From the IMG/VR virus record IMGVR_UViG_3300044680_000048, positions 32,001 through 96,000 of that record: 64,000 nucleotides of DNA; one strand, 5' to 3'. Positions 63,917 to 64,000 of this stretch are shown piece after piece. Every line of letters begins with the position of its first letter. Position 1 is the first letter of the stretch. Source of the stretch: a virus. The notes below the pieces were generated by a model. The model saw nothing but the letters and a program-made list of their open reading frames with translations. It was not told the DNA's origin and did not search any database. The position numbers were made by a program, and so were the translations under genes.

Positions 63917-64000
63917 AGATAAAGTATTTGATATTTGGTTTAGAGATTGGATCTACTACATAGTAGGAAATTCCCGCAAAAATGATGATAATTCAGAAAC
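63906..64000 (+). CDS. partial ORF running off the window (MDLKDKVFDIWFRDWIYYIVGN...)
   Basis: A GAGGAG box lies 6 nt upstream of the ATG. The frame is open to the window end. Confidence 0.4.
   Translation, partial: MDLKDKVFDIWFRDWIYYIVGNSRKNDDNSE

Noticed and set aside
1-64000. Search for a CRISPR array, integrase/repressor lysogeny module, transposase or rRNA
   Set aside because: I saw no regularly spaced direct repeats, and no tyrosine or serine recombinase, DDE or HNH signatures in the translations. The only mobile element recognised is the terL intein.

Overview
This 64-kb window is a contiguous stretch of a long-tailed dsDNA bacteriophage genome. It is AT-rich (about 37% G+C, estimated by eye). 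It has AGGAG-type Shine-Dalgarno sites and TATAAT-type -10 boxes, which point to a bacterial host. No database search was possible, so all functions come from motifs read in the ORF translations and from gene order.

Layout:
- 45-15862, leftward: tail operon. It holds connector-region proteins, major tail protein candidates, a G/GT chaperone pair with a T_TTT_TTA -1 slippery site, a 1215-aa tape measure, and distal tail and fibre proteins.
- 15863-20760: an insert that splits the morphogenesis genes. It holds an 828-bp ORF-free structured region, an S-adenosylmethionine decarboxylase, a cupin sugar enzyme, a Dam-family methyltransferase and small ORFs.
- 20761-37157, leftward: head and packaging operon. 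It holds the capsid candidate, a protease-ParB-scaffold fusion, an opposite-strand tRNA(CAU), a patatin-like phospholipase, a 1446-aa repeat fibre, the portal candidate, an intein-containing large terminase and a putative small terminase.
- 37166-64000, mostly rightward: a primase/helicase-like protein, a gp32-like SSB, a family-A DNA polymerase, a metallophosphoesterase, nrdA and nrdB, an eight-gene sugar-modification cluster, an RNA ligase, dCTP deaminase, an amidase endolysin and small membrane or lipoprotein ORFs.

Most notable observations:
1. CCGGAA/TTCCGG is over-represented in all reading frames and in intergenic DNA. It is missing only from one GC-rich island.
2. terL carries a LAGLIDADG intein in its P-loop and an in-frame TAA inside the Walker A motif.
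3. A ParB/Srx domain is embedded in the prohead protease-scaffold protein.
4. A patatin-like lipase and a giant fibre cassette sit between the portal and protease genes. The fibre tip and its downstream ORF are compositionally foreign.
5. A sugar-nucleotide, glycosyltransferase, methyltransferase and HxD..H-protein cluster could glycosylate the virion or hypermodify the DNA.
6. There is an RNA-maintenance theme: a tRNA, a frameshifted PTH2-like gene, and an RNA ligase next to a decayed phosphoesterase.
7. The 828-bp ORF-free region contains an orphan terminator and strong hairpins.
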